A stretch of DNA of 64,000 nucleotides, taken from Ostreococcus lucimarinus. Its lineage: Eukaryota. The translations under genes and the position numbers were made by a program. Shown here one piece after another: positions 28,361 to 38,236 of this stretch; position 1 is the stretch's first letter; every line of letters starts with the position of its first letter. Location: NCBI GenBank assembly GCA_000092065.1, contig CP000585.1, one strand, 5' to 3'. The notes below the pieces were generated by a model that was given only the letters and a program-made list of their open reading frames with translations, made no database searches and had not been told where the DNA came from.

Positions 28361-30844
28361 ATGTCGCGCGACGGAAGCGCGCCGACGCGAAACGAGACGT
28401 CGAGGGCGACGATGGCGTTCGCGGCGGCGATGCGCGCGGACGAGGCGAGCGACGAGGCGCGAGCGGCGGCGGGGAGGGCGCTGCGGGACGCGCTGGCGCG
28501 AGGCGCGGAGACGAACGGACGCGAGACGAGACGCGTGGTCGAGGGCGTGCGCGCGGGGCTGGCGCGGGGAGGGCGCGCGCGGACGGATGCGTTCGATGCG
28601 TTCGGGGCGGCGTGCTGCGCGGTGAGGGGAGAGACGTTCGGGGAAGAGGTGGCGGCGGAGGTGGCGACGCGCGCGAGCTCGAGCGACGCGGGCGACGACG
28701 CGAGTCACGTCGCGAAAGGGCTCGAGGCGTTGCGGTTTTACGTGCTACAGTGGGACGGGAGGAGTGCGGCGATGACCGCGGCTGTGGTGGCGTCGATCGC
28801 GCCCGCGGTGAAGTTTGCGGCGAAATCGATCGACGCGAGGGAAACCGCGGCGCCTTCGGAAGCGGCGACGCAAGCGGCGCTGTTCCTCGCGACCGTGTGC
28901 GTAGTGTGCGGAGACGTGGACGAATTGCGCGAAGGTTGGCGAGCAAAGGCGCGCGGCGTCCTCGACGCGGCGCCGATTTCCGTCCAAACATTGCTCGGGC
29001 CGCGCGCGAGTCGCGCCTCGCGCGCGTCGGCGAACGAGGCGGCGAGGCGCGCGCTCCGCCGCATCGCGCAAGTCACGGCGCCCGTCGAAGTTTCGCCCGC
29101 CGCCGTCGCCGAGCCATCATTGCGAGAGTCGTCGCCGGCGCCGGCGCTGGCGATGAACGATCCCGTGACACCGTTGCCGCCTTCGCGAGACGCTTCGGCG
29201 TCGGCGTCGCCTTCGACGTCCGACGACTCGCGCAAAGCTCCCGCGGCGGACGCTTCGTTCGCGACACGGCGGCACTTCGACTGCACGATGTTGGCCGAAC
29301 CACTTGACGCAAACGTGACCGTCGACGCGATGTTTTCGTACCAAATTGATGGCATGTGCGCGTATTCAGAGGCTTTCTGCGACACTCTCGTGGCGGCGGC
29401 GAAGTGGGTTCGCAAATGTAGAGCGACGTTACGGCGAAGCACACTGCTTAAGCTGAATTCGACAAGTAACAGAGCGATCGAGCACGCGCTCAGGGTAGTT
29501 TTAGACGCGAACGTGCTCGCGTTGACGAGCTTGACGCGGCTGGCGAAGATGGTCGGCGAGCGAAAGCTTTTGCTTGCGAATCGAGATAAGGCTTTCATCG
29601 CTTCAAAGAACGTTGAGGCTTGGGTTCACAGCGGTTTTGCGCTTCTCAGAAGCGCGGCGCGGCAAGATTTAGGCCTTAGTGCTTTCGCAGTCGTCGCGCT
29701 CGCGACACATGAGCCGAGCAGTAGATATAAAAGCTTGGGTGCCAATCACGGCTTCCCTGGCGCAATTTCGGCGCGGATGGCGTTTCTTCGATGGTCGCGC
29801 GTCATGTACGCGCACAGAGCCGAGGCAAAAGCCGAACTTCTGGCGTTGGTGCATTACGAGCAAACGCTCATGACGAAAGCATTTCGTACGTTGAGCGAGT
29901 ATGCACCGTATCATCGTCAACAAGCAAACGCGCTCGCATTGAAGTTTGGTTTGCGGTGGCGAGCTAACGCTCAGTTGAGTCGCGACCGCGAGCCGTTCGA
30001 ACACACCTTTGGCATCACTACGCCGTTATCGCAGCGATCATCGACGGCGCGCTCTTTGTCTCAGCACCATGGCGCATCTTCAGTACCGTGGGCGCCGTCC
30101 GTCGGCGCGCTGGGTAGTTCGCGTGCAAAAACGCGCCGCACTCGAAGCGTCGTGAGTCGAAGTTCGTACAAGTCGATCGGTGACGAAGGTGAGATTTTGG
30201 ACTTCGACGTCCCGCACATCGTCTTCAACGAATCGCAAACAATCATGTATGAGGCGTTCCAAGCGTGGATCGATCACACGTACGAACAGCTTCTCACCGG
30301 GCCGAGTTTGGTGGCGAAGGAGCACAGGCGCGCGGTATTGTTGCGCAAATCCTTTAAAGCCATGCGTCGATACGTAGTTCGAAGCGTCGGCGTGCGCGAA
30401 AAAGCCGTCGCGATCGAAGTCGCGGTCAATAAGCTGGACTTTTACGTATGCGGCGGAGCCGCCTTCCGCAAATGGGTCGCTGGCGTTAGATACATCAAGC
30501 GTCTGTACACCTTCGTCGACGGCGAAGTCGAGCGATGGCGAAACGAGCTTCGCGTGAATTGCTTCCGCGCCTGGCGCGAAGTAGCGGCTTCGGGCGCACG
30601 AACGACGCTCTGGGAAGAACAAACGTGGGCAGATATCACGCCGAAGCTCGAGCACAACCGTCGTCGCGTGTGGTTGCGGCGATGGGTCAACGCAACTCAA
30701 GCGTCGCTGGAAGAACGATTCGCTGAGGCGCGAACGTGGAGACGACGACGCTTGCTTCTTGCCTGGCGAACCGTCGCCGGCGAGCTCGTGGTGAAACGAA
30801 TGGTGGCAGATACTATAGACAAACTCGCGCGATTAGAAACATAA
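28361..30844 (+). CDS. Hypothetical protein with C-terminal Trp-containing repeats resembling Sfi1-type (centrin-binding) repeats
   Basis: The C-terminal region has AFRKWVAGV, CFRAWREVA, WLRRWVNAT and LLLAWRTVA spaced about 23-33 aa apart. The N-terminal half is Ala/Arg-rich. The Sfi1 assignment is tentative. Confidence 0.45.
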   Translation: MSRDGSAPTRNETSRATMAFAAAMRADEASDEARAAAGRALRDALARGAETNGRETRRVVEGVRAGLARGGRARTDAFDAFGAACCAVRGETFGEEVAAEVATRASSSDAGDDASHVAKGLEALRFYVLQWDGRSAAMTAAVVASIAPAVKFAAKSIDARETAAPSEAATQAALFLATVCVVCGDVDELREGWRAKARGVLDAAPISVQTLLGPRASRASRASANEAARRALRRIAQVTAPVEVSPAAVAEPSLRESSPAPALAMNDPVTPLPPSRDASASASPSTSDDSRKAPAADASFATRRHFDCTMLAEPLDANVTVDAMFSYQIDGMCAYSEAFCDTLVAAAKWVRKCRATLRRSTLLKLNSTSNRAIEHALRVVLDANVLALTSLTRLAKMVGERKLLLANRDKAFIASKNVEAWVHSGFALLRSAARQDLGLSAFAVVALATHEPSSRYKSLGANHGFPGAISARMAFLRWSRVMYAHRAEAKAELLALVHYEQTLMTKAFRTLSEYAPYHRQQANALALKFGLRWRANAQLSRDREPFEHTFGITTPLSQRSSTARSLSQHHGASSVPWAPSVGALGSSRAKTRRTRSVVSRSSYKSIGDEGEILDFDVPHIVFNESQTIMYEAFQAWIDHTYEQLLTGPSLVAKEHRRAVLLRKSFKAMRRYVVRSVGVREKAVAIEVAVNKLDFYVCGGAAFRKWVAGVRYIKRLYTFVDGEVERWRNELRVNCFRAWREVAASGARTTLWEEQTWADITPKLEHNRRRVWLRRWVNATQASLEERFAEARTWRRRRLLLAWRTVAGELVVKRMVADTIDKLARLET

Positions 30845-30858
30845 TGTAAAACAGAGAT

Positions 30859-31596
30859 CTAGTTGTTGAACTTGCGCGGCTTGGTCGGATACAGCGGCTC
30901 GCGAGGCGTGTTGATGCACCAAATCCCCCATACGAGCGTCGTGGCGATGGTCAACCACACGGCCAACGGCGCGATAACGTATCCCGCGGTGGGCACCACC
31001 TTGTAGTACTGGTACACCACGTTATACGCCGATCCGACGACGAAGAGCACGCCGACGGCGGCCACTCCGAGTTTCTTCTCGACGTTGTTGATGCTGTTCC
31101 ACGTGTCGCCGATGGATAGATGCGCCACGAGCGCCAATATGGCCGGGTGCGTCACCACTCCGGTTTGCGCGAACACCAACATCGTCGATAACGCGCGCAA
31201 AAATCCCATAGATATCCAAACCAACGGGAACACGATCGCCGGCGGCGTCCACGACGGTCGCTTCTTCTGCTTCTTCGCCAACCGCTCGTTCGCAATCTTC
31301 GGTCTCGACGCGTTCAGCGGCGAAAACACCCGCGAGCGAAACGCCAGCATGAAAAACATCACCGCCACGATCGCTTTCGCCGCGCCGAGGTTCGTCGCGT
31401 GCAGGCTCGCCAACGCGTACTTTTGCGCCGCCGCGAGCGCGAGCGCGATCCCCCCAACCTCCGCGCACGTCGCCAGCGCGTACTTCACCAGCGCCAGCGC
31501 GTCCACGTCTCCAGTGCGCACGACCCACGCATCGATCCACGCCTGCGCGCGTCGCGCGCGATCGAGCGTCGCCGCGTCTTTGGGCGAGCGCGACAT
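30859..31596 (-). CDS. TspO/MBR family protein (tryptophan-rich sensory protein / translocator protein) with an N-terminal extension
   Basis: RPSWTPPAIVFPLVWISMGFLRALS matches the TspO PxWxPPxxxFxxVWxxLYxxMG block. AHLSIGDTWNSINN and the 5-TM profile also fit. The ATG at 31596 was verified. An alternative start at about 31755 would add a targeting-like extension. The upstream ORF part is DHQS antisense. Confidence 0.75.
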   Translation of the reverse strand: MSRSPKDAATLDRARRAQAWIDAWVVRTGDVDALALVKYALATCAEVGGIALALAAAQKYALASLHATNLGAAKAIVAVMFFMLAFRSRVFSPLNASRPKIANERLAKKQKKRPSWTPPAIVFPLVWISMGFLRALSTMLVFAQTGVVTHPAILALVAHLSIGDTWNSINNVEKKLGVAAVGVLFVVGSAYNVVYQYYKVVPTAGYVIAPLAVWLTIATTLVWGIWCINTPREPLYPTKPRKFNN

Positions 31597-31866
31597 GAAC
31601 GCCGTCCCCGGCCCTCCTCGAAAAGACACGCTCCCGACGCTCGCGCGCGCCGCGCCGGCGCCGGCGCCGCGTCGCGCGCGTCGCGCCTTCGTTCGCGTCG
31701 TCAGCGCCGCGGGCGCGCCGCGAAACGCGCCGCGCGCCGTCGCGAGGGCGTCCATCGGTCGTCGCGCGCTGAAGTGTGGATAACGACGCGCGCGCGCGCG
31801 CCGCACAGCTCGACGCGCGCGCGCGCTCGAACGCGCCGTCGGATCGACGAGACATCGCGCGCGCAC

Positions 31867-33129
31867 ATGTCGCGCGCGCTCGCGGACGCGCGCGCGCCTC
31901 GGAGCGCGCGCGCGAGCGTCGCGCGCGCGCGCGGCGGGAAACCTCGTCGCGGTCGCGCGACGCCGAACGCGTCGCCGCGCGCGGGCGCGCGCGCGGGCGC
32001 CGGGACCGCGCGCGCGGTCGCGATGGACGGCGTCGACGTCGTCAACGTCGATCTGGGCGATCGATCGTACCCGATCTACGTCGGGACGGGGCTGCTGGAC
32101 GACGGGGACGCGCTGCGCGCGCACGTCGCGGGGTCGACGGCGCTCGTGGTGACGAACGAAACCATCGCGGGGCTTGGATACCTCGATCGCACGGTGAAAG
32201 CGCTCACGGCGAAGGATTCGAAACTGCGCGTGGAGACGGTGGTGCTGCCGGACGGAGAGGAGCATAAGAATTTGGAGGTGCTGAACGCGGTGTACACGAG
32301 GGCGCTGGAGACGCGACTCGACCGCGGGACGACGTTCGTGGCGCTGGGGGGGGGCGTGATCGGTGATATGACGGGATACGCCGCGGCGTCGTATCAGCGC
32401 GGGGTGAAGTTCGTGCAAATACCGACGACGGTGATGGCGATGGTGGATAGCTCGGTGGGGGGGAAGACCGGGGTGAACCACGCGCTCGGGAAGAATATGA
32501 TCGGGGCGTTTTATCAGCCAGAGTGCGTTTTGATCGATATCGATTCGTTGAAGACGCTTCCCGATCGAGAGTTCGCGAGCGGGATCGCAGAGGTGGTGAA
32601 ATACGGTCTCATTCGCGATGGGCCGTTTTTCGAATGGCTCGAGGCGAACGTCGATAAGCTTCTCGCGCGCGATACGCAAGCCATCGCGTACGCCGTCGAG
32701 CGATCGTGCGTGAACAAGGCGGAAGTCGTCGCCGCGGATGAGAGGGAGGGCGGCGTTCGAGCGACGCTGAATCTTGGGCACACGTTCGGTCACGCGATAG
32801 AAACCGGTCTCGGCTACGGCGAGTGGTTGCACGGCGAAGCGGTGAGCGCCGGTATGTGTATGGCGGCGGATATGTCTCTTCGACTCGGTTGGATCGACGC
32901 CTCGCTCAAGGAGCGCACGATCGCCTTATTGAACAAGTGCAAAACCCCGATCGACGTCCCTGAAAAGATGACGGTTCAAATGTTCATGGACTTGATGGCG
33001 GTGGATAAGAAGGCTGCGAATGGGAAATTGCGCTTGATTTTGTTAAAGGGCGAGCTCGGCGAGTGCGTCTTCACTGGGGACTTCGACCAAAGCAAGCTCC
33101 AGGAAACCTTAGACGCGTACGTCAAGTAA
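31867..33129 (+). CDS. aroB: 3-dehydroquinate synthase (shikimate pathway) with a plastid transit-peptide-like N-terminus
   Basis: GGGVIGDMTGYAAASYQRGVKFVQIPTTVMAMVDSSVGGKTGVNHALGKNMIGAFYQPECVLID, NLGHTFGHAIE and EWLHGEAVSAGM. The start is taken at M157 of the ORF (MSRALADARAPRSARASV...). An alternative is M209 at about 32023 (MDGVDVV). Confidence 0.85.
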   Translation: MSRALADARAPRSARASVARARGGKPRRGRATPNASPRAGARAGAGTARAVAMDGVDVVNVDLGDRSYPIYVGTGLLDDGDALRAHVAGSTALVVTNETIAGLGYLDRTVKALTAKDSKLRVETVVLPDGEEHKNLEVLNAVYTRALETRLDRGTTFVALGGGVIGDMTGYAAASYQRGVKFVQIPTTVMAMVDSSVGGKTGVNHALGKNMIGAFYQPECVLIDIDSLKTLPDREFASGIAEVVKYGLIRDGPFFEWLEANVDKLLARDTQAIAYAVERSCVNKAEVVAADEREGGVRATLNLGHTFGHAIETGLGYGEWLHGEAVSAGMCMAADMSLRLGWIDASLKERTIALLNKCKTPIDVPEKMTVQMFMDLMAVDKKAANGKLRLILLKGELGECVFTGDFDQSKLQETLDAYVK

Positions 33130-33202
33130 ACACTTTGAAATAAATAAAACGACTGTACCGATCATATGAAATTCTTTTACAATGATGTTAACCTCGTGCG
33201 AG

Positions 33203-36200
33203 CTAAACCTCGTGCGAGTCTTGTGGAGGCCGCGGCGCGAACGGAGGAGGCGGGCCTCGGCTTCCTGGCGGCGGGCCTCGGCCTGGTGGTCCTCGGCCTC
33301 TTCCTCGGCCGGGCGGCGGTCCTCGACCTGGATATCCTCTACCAGGCGGAGGGCCTCGTCCGCGTCCACCGCTCATGTTCGGCGCGAGTGCATTTGACAT
33401 CGGTGGTGCGCTTGGTGGCGCCGAAAGTTGAGGCGGCGCGGCTGCCGGAGGCGCCCGTTGCCATTGCGGAACGATGGGCTTGTTCGTCGCTGGATTTCCC
33501 ATCATGACGAACGGTGCATTTGTCGCGGCAGCTTCACTATCAGGAGTATCATTCGCCATCTCTTCCATGGACTGGCCGCCATGATCCGTCAAACTCATCG
33601 ATCGCGGAATACCATTCGTCACGCCAGACTGGTGCGTTCCAAACGGTTCACCCGCGTGCGGCACTTGCGTAGGGAGGTCAGCCATGTGCGGCGGCGGATT
33701 ACTCATCGAAGCGTATGGATTACCGAAGGTAGGCGCGTACTGTGACACACCGTTAGCTCGGGGCGACTCGACCGGGGAGGGGATCCCGGTCGGCCCCGCG
33801 CCCATCGGCGGCGCCATCATGACTGGCGGCGCCAACGCGTTGCCCGTGTTGTAATGCGTCGCGGCATCCGCGTGCTGCAACGGTGGGACATCTCGGCGTC
33901 GCGGCGAGTCGGGTTGGTTTGGGTGTGACAAAGGAGCCGCAGAGCGCGGTGGTGGACCCTTCCATTTGCCTTGTGTTCCCGAATTCTTTGCGCCGCCACC
34001 CAGAAGTACGCTCACGACGCGCATCAAAATAAGCGTCAACACGATGGGCGGCCCGAAAATCGTTGCGTTGACGCCGAAAGTGATCAAATCTTTGTTGGAA
34101 GCGAGAGCGGTACCCATGATGGAGTCTACCTTCACTGCAACCGACGTGAACGTCTCGTCACACAGCTCCATGAACGAAAGCAACTTGTTTCCGTGCTTGG
34201 TTTTCCACGCTTGATGAAGAATGCCTTCCATGACACGAGTCACGAAATTGATGATGAACATGACAAAGGGAGAGACAAACGTCCAAGCTCGACCAAAGCT
34301 CGATCTTATCATGTCGAATCCAGACGGATTACCCCGTGTATCGTAAAACTGAGACGACTTAGACTCTTGCTCGTGTGTAATTTTCGCGTCTTCCTCATTC
34401 CAGTCCAAATCCTGTATCAATCCTGTATCAATCATTTGCTCATCGATGGACGAGTCCGTGGCGGCGGTTTCGTCCATAGAACCTTCGGGAACTGATATTT
34501 CGTCATCCGCGACTTCTTTCGTTTCTTCGACGGTCACTGGCTCTTCGATTTGTGGCTGTTCGCCCAGCTCCTCAGTGACTTGTTCTTCGTCATTTGATGT
34601 ATCGAAGACGCTCTCGTCTGTTGTCGTGTCCATGACGGGCGTATCATCGACCTTTGTATCGACTTCTACTTCGTCCGTGGTAGGATCTTCGACAACTGCT
34701 GTTGACTCGGCGTCTGACGACGTCTGTTCGGTCGACTCGACGTTCATAGCCTTCTCGTGTTGAAGCGAATCTTCTTCACTCGGTGCGGCGGTGCTCGCGC
34801 TTTCTTCACACTTTGGACACGTCTCCGGTTCAGGGCACTCTATAGGTTTCGGACATTTCTTTTCTCGGAGCTGGCGTTCCTCGTCCAACGTCTCTTTGGT
34901 TGCTTCGGTCAACTCTGTCTGCTCACGTAAAAGTCTCTTGGTCTCGCCGTGCTGTCGATCGATTTCGTCGCATCGATCTTTTTGCTCGTCGAGCTTGACT
35001 TCAGCGTCGAACGTGCGTTGACGAAGAGCATCGGCTTGTTTTTGCAGATTACTGCGAAGCTTTGCGCTCTGCGCCAAGCACGTATCCGTGCAATCACATT
35101 CGTTTTCAGTCGAAGCTTCTGTCGCCGCGAGTGCAAGTACTTTCTCGTTGTACTGAGTGAGCAAAGCGTCCAAATCAGCTTGCACTTTCTCATGTTGCTC
35201 CTTCATGGTGCGCAGTTTTGACTGACACTTGCCCAACTCATCGACAGCCTCTTTGCTCGATTCAACCTTCCCTTGAAGAGATTCTACCTGCTTCGTCGCC
35301 GCCGCGAGTTCCTCCGACAACTTCTCGATTTCTTCCTGCGCCAAGAGCAATTCTTCGCTCTGTTTGTCGTAGGCCTCCTTTGTCGTAACGGATCGAACTA
35401 ATTTGTCGTACTCGTCTCGTAAAAGGTCGTAATCTTCGCGCAGAGAGCTCTTGGTCTTTTCGGCTTCCGCGAGACTACGCGACATGTCAGCGGCAGACGC
35501 TACACCTGGAGGACACGCACTCGTATCGCGCAACGACTCGAGCTCTGCCGTGAGCTCATCGATGCGCGCCTGTGCGCTCATGTGCTCTTCCGAAACACCG
35601 CGAGCATCTCCAAGTTCACCCTCGAGCTCGGCCAACCTCGAAACAAGCGCTTGCTCGTCTTCGCCTCTTCGCGAAAAATCCTCTTCGAGCGCGTTAATCT
35701 TCTGTTTGAGTTCTTCGTTCTCGCTGATGATTTGCGCATTACTCGCGATTTGTTTTTCAAGATCGACCATAACGCGCCGATCATCAATCTCCGCCTCGTC
35801 GTGTGCGACCTTGCGTGCCATGAACTCTTCCAACTCGCGCTTCAAATCGTCACCATTTTTTTTCATCGCGCGCATCGCTTTGCTTGTCTTCAACAGCGTC
35901 GCTGAAACAGCCTCAACCGTCTCTCCCGCGGATGCGTCCACACTCACCGGAATCTTGTTCGCGGCCATCCACTCCCGAAGCGCGTGAAGCGACTCGTCCG
36001 CACTCAGTCCGACGGGCACATCAATCTTCTGCGCGGCTTTTTGCTTCGCACGCGGCGGTTCCGACATCACCGGCTCTGGCTCCATCACCGGCTCTGGCTC
36101 CATCACCGGCTCTGGCTCCATCTCTGGTTCGTCCTCAACCGCGGGCTCACGTTCCGGCTCCACATCCTCCAATTCAACCGCACGCTCCATCGCGTGCCCT

Positions 36201-36544
36201 AATTCACCGACCTCGGGCTCCGCCTCGACTCGCGTCTCGCGCCCCGCCGACGCCTCCCCCCCCCCGTCCTCGTCCTCTTCCTCCCATCCCTCCGGCTGAT
36301 CCCACTGCGACACCTTATCGATCCCATCGTACCAATACGCCCGCTTCGTCGTCGCGTCGACGTGTTTCGTCCACCGCGCGCGCGCGTCGACGCCGTTTCC
36401 CATCGAATCCATCGACTTCAGATCGTCATCGCTCGCGAACGCCGGTCGCACCGTCGCGCACGCGCCGCAGACGACCGCGCACGCCGCGATGAGCGATGCG
36501 AATCGCGCGCGTCTCCCTCGGGCGCGATCGCGCGCGCGCGCCAT
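33203..36544 (-). CDS. Large membrane-anchored coiled-coil protein with an N-terminal signal/anchor, a WW domain, an acidic (EPEPVM)3 repeat, a long coiled coil, two C-terminal TM helices and a Pro/Gly/Arg-rich tail
   Basis: WW domain: WTKHVDATTKRAYWYDGIDKVSQWDQP. There are heptad-rich helical stretches across about 500 aa. TM candidates are WTFVSPFVMFIINFV and IVLTLILMRVVSVLLGG. The tail is GPPPGRGYPGRGPPPGRG. The ATG at 36544 was verified. Confidence 0.6.
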   Translation of the reverse strand: MARARDRARGRRARFASLIAACAVVCGACATVRPAFASDDDLKSMDSMGNGVDARARWTKHVDATTKRAYWYDGIDKVSQWDQPEGWEEEDEDGGGEASAGRETRVEAEPEVGELGHAMERAVELEDVEPEREPAVEDEPEMEPEPVMEPEPVMEPEPVMSEPPRAKQKAAQKIDVPVGLSADESLHALREWMAANKIPVSVDASAGETVEAVSATLLKTSKAMRAMKKNGDDLKRELEEFMARKVAHDEAEIDDRRVMVDLEKQIASNAQIISENEELKQKINALEEDFSRRGEDEQALVSRLAELEGELGDARGVSEEHMSAQARIDELTAELESLRDTSACPPGVASAADMSRSLAEAEKTKSSLREDYDLLRDEYDKLVRSVTTKEAYDKQSEELLLAQEEIEKLSEELAAATKQVESLQGKVESSKEAVDELGKCQSKLRTMKEQHEKVQADLDALLTQYNEKVLALAATEASTENECDCTDTCLAQSAKLRSNLQKQADALRQRTFDAEVKLDEQKDRCDEIDRQHGETKRLLREQTELTEATKETLDEERQLREKKCPKPIECPEPETCPKCEESASTAAPSEEDSLQHEKAMNVESTEQTSSDAESTAVVEDPTTDEVEVDTKVDDTPVMDTTTDESVFDTSNDEEQVTEELGEQPQIEEPVTVEETKEVADDEISVPEGSMDETAATDSSIDEQMIDTGLIQDLDWNEEDAKITHEQESKSSQFYDTRGNPSGFDMIRSSFGRAWTFVSPFVMFIINFVTRVMEGILHQAWKTKHGNKLLSFMELCDETFTSVAVKVDSIMGTALASNKDLITFGVNATIFGPPIVLTLILMRVVSVLLGGGAKNSGTQGKWKGPPPRSAAPLSHPNQPDSPRRRDVPPLQHADAATHYNTGNALAPPVMMAPPMGAGPTGIPSPVESPRANGVSQYAPTFGNPYASMSNPPPHMADLPTQVPHAGEPFGTHQSGVTNGIPRSMSLTDHGGQSMEEMANDTPDSEAAATNAPFVMMGNPATNKPIVPQWQRAPPAAAPPQLSAPPSAPPMSNALAPNMSGGRGRGPPPGRGYPGRGPPPGRGRGRGPPGRGPPPGSRGPPPPFAPRPPQDSHEV
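36066..36123. repeat. 18-bp coding tandem repeat (catcaccggctctggctc) x3.2
   Basis: Three perfect units encode EPEPVM x3 on the minus strand inside the coiled-coil protein gene. Confidence 0.85.
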
Positions 36545-36633
36545 CGTCGCGTCGTCGAGTGCGCGAGCGACGGTCGTTACGTCGAGACTTTGAGACTTCG
36601 CGCGCGCCGCACACCGCGACGCGCGCGCGCGCG

Positions 36634-37263
36634 ATGTCGAGGACGCGCGAGATGACGCGCGGTCGCGCAAACGCGCGCGACGTCGCGACGACGCGCTCGC
36701 CGGTGCGCCGCGCGCGCGATGCGGTCGTCGACGCGATCGTTTCCCTCTCGCACGGCACCGGTCGACAAACCGCGCTGCAGTGGCTCTCCTTGGCGCTCAT
36801 CGTCGCCAGCGCGCTGATGGTGTGGAAATCGCTGATGTTGTTCACGCAGAGCGAGTCGCCGGTCGTGGTCGTGCTGAGCGGGAGCATGGAGCCCGGACTG
36901 CGACGAGGCGACTTGCTGCTGCTGGATAACTCGCGCGGGCCGAGCGAGATCGGCGACGTCGTCGTCTTCAACATACGCGGACGCGACGTGCCGATCGTGC
37001 ACAGAATACTACACGTACACGCGAATTCGCCCGCTGACGTCGGTTCGCGGTTGATGCTGACGAAGGGAGATAATAATTTCGCCGACGACGGCGCGCTGTA
37101 CGCGCCGGGACAGCGATGGTTGCGACAGGACGACGTCGTCGGACGCGCGGTGGTGTTCTTGCCGCACGTCGGGCGGCTGACGATATTGATGAACGATTAC
37201 CCGTGGTTCAAGTACGGGTTAATCTCGATTTTAGGGTTTTTCGTCGTCACTGGGAAGGACTAG
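36634..37263 (+). CDS. SEC11: Signal peptidase complex catalytic subunit SEC11 (SPC18/21-like)
   Basis: VVVVLSGSMEPGLRRGDLLLL (catalytic Ser in SGSMEP), IVHRILHVH and LTKGDNNFADD match SEC11. It has a TM anchor LSLALIVASALMVW. The start is taken at M47 of the ORF (about 36634). Confidence 0.8.
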   Translation: MSRTREMTRGRANARDVATTRSPVRRARDAVVDAIVSLSHGTGRQTALQWLSLALIVASALMVWKSLMLFTQSESPVVVVLSGSMEPGLRRGDLLLLDNSRGPSEIGDVVVFNIRGRDVPIVHRILHVHANSPADVGSRLMLTKGDNNFADDGALYAPGQRWLRQDDVVGRAVVFLPHVGRLTILMNDYPWFKYGLISILGFFVVTGKD

Positions 37264-37527
37264 TCCGTAGCAGAAGAAGTCGCGTGGCGTTTCGTAGATT
37301 TGTTTGTAGCGTTGAGATTCACGTCACTCGCCCGCGCGCGCCGCGCGATCGCGCTCGAGTTCGGACTCGCGCGGTCGATTTCATCCATCGGACGCGCTCG
37401 CTCGCGCGTCTCCCGTCGCTCGACGCGCGGCGCTCGCGCGTCGGCACCGCGCACCAGTCGCCGGGGGAACTTTCGAAAGCGTCGACAGCTGACGGCTATT
37501 TCGCCACGCACGCGCGCGCTCGACGTC

Positions 37528-38100
37528 ATGGGCGAGAATCTCTCGCCCGAAACCGTCAATAGCATCATGCGTCAACTGAAAGATTTGATGCAGAGCCCCG
37601 CGGAGGGGATCAGGGTGCGAGTGAACGAGGAGAACGTGACGGATGTCTTCGCCGAGCTCGACGGTCCCGCGGACACGCCGTTCGAAGGCGGGACGTTTAA
37701 GATGAAGCTCGCGCTGCCGGCGGATTACCCGAACAATCCGCCGAAGGGATTCTTTACGACAAAAATATTTCATCCGAATATTCGTCAGCCGAGCGGGGAG
37801 ATTTGTGTGAACACGCTCAAGCGTGACTGGCAACCGACGCACGGACTGCGGCACATATTGATGGTGATTCGATGCTTGCTCATAGAACCGTTTCCGGAGA
37901 GCGCTCTGAACGAAGAGGCTGGAAAGCTTTTACTCGAGGATTACGAAGAGTATTTTAGGCGCGCGAAGATGTACACCAATATTCACGCCAAACCCGAAAC
38001 GGGCAAGGCGGAGGACGCGGCGAGCGCGTCGGCGGCGAGCGGCGGGGAGAAGAAGTTGGACAAAAAGAAGGACAAGAAGAAGAGCTTGCGCCGTCTTTAG
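37528..38100 (+). CDS. Ubiquitin-conjugating enzyme E2, UBE2S-like (with a Lys-rich C-terminal tail)
   Basis: FFTTKIFHPNIRQPSGEICVNTLKRDWQPTHGLRHILMVIRCLLIEPFPESALNEEAGKLL carries the HPN motif and the active-site Cys in GEICVN. The tail is KKLDKKKDKKKSLRRL. The ATG at 37528 was verified. Confidence 0.85.
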   Translation: MGENLSPETVNSIMRQLKDLMQSPAEGIRVRVNEENVTDVFAELDGPADTPFEGGTFKMKLALPADYPNNPPKGFFTTKIFHPNIRQPSGEICVNTLKRDWQPTHGLRHILMVIRCLLIEPFPESALNEEAGKLLLEDYEEYFRRAKMYTNIHAKPETGKAEDAASASAASGGEKKLDKKKDKKKSLRRL

Positions 38101-38236
38101 CAAAAGCGTATCGCGCGCGCGGTAGCAGATGAATGAACGTCGTTGTTGTGAGCGAAGCTTTGATTACAACGAATAAAAATTGCGTTCCGTCGCTCACCTT
38201 TCTTCTATCTGATGTATCGTTAAGTCATCCGTCGCG

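Noticed and set aside
37480-37530. CTGAC motif about 40 nt upstream of the UBE2S-like ATG, as a possible intron 3' end
   Set aside because: There is no AG acceptor between the motif and the ATG, and the ATG-initiated ORF already gives a complete UBE2S-like protein.
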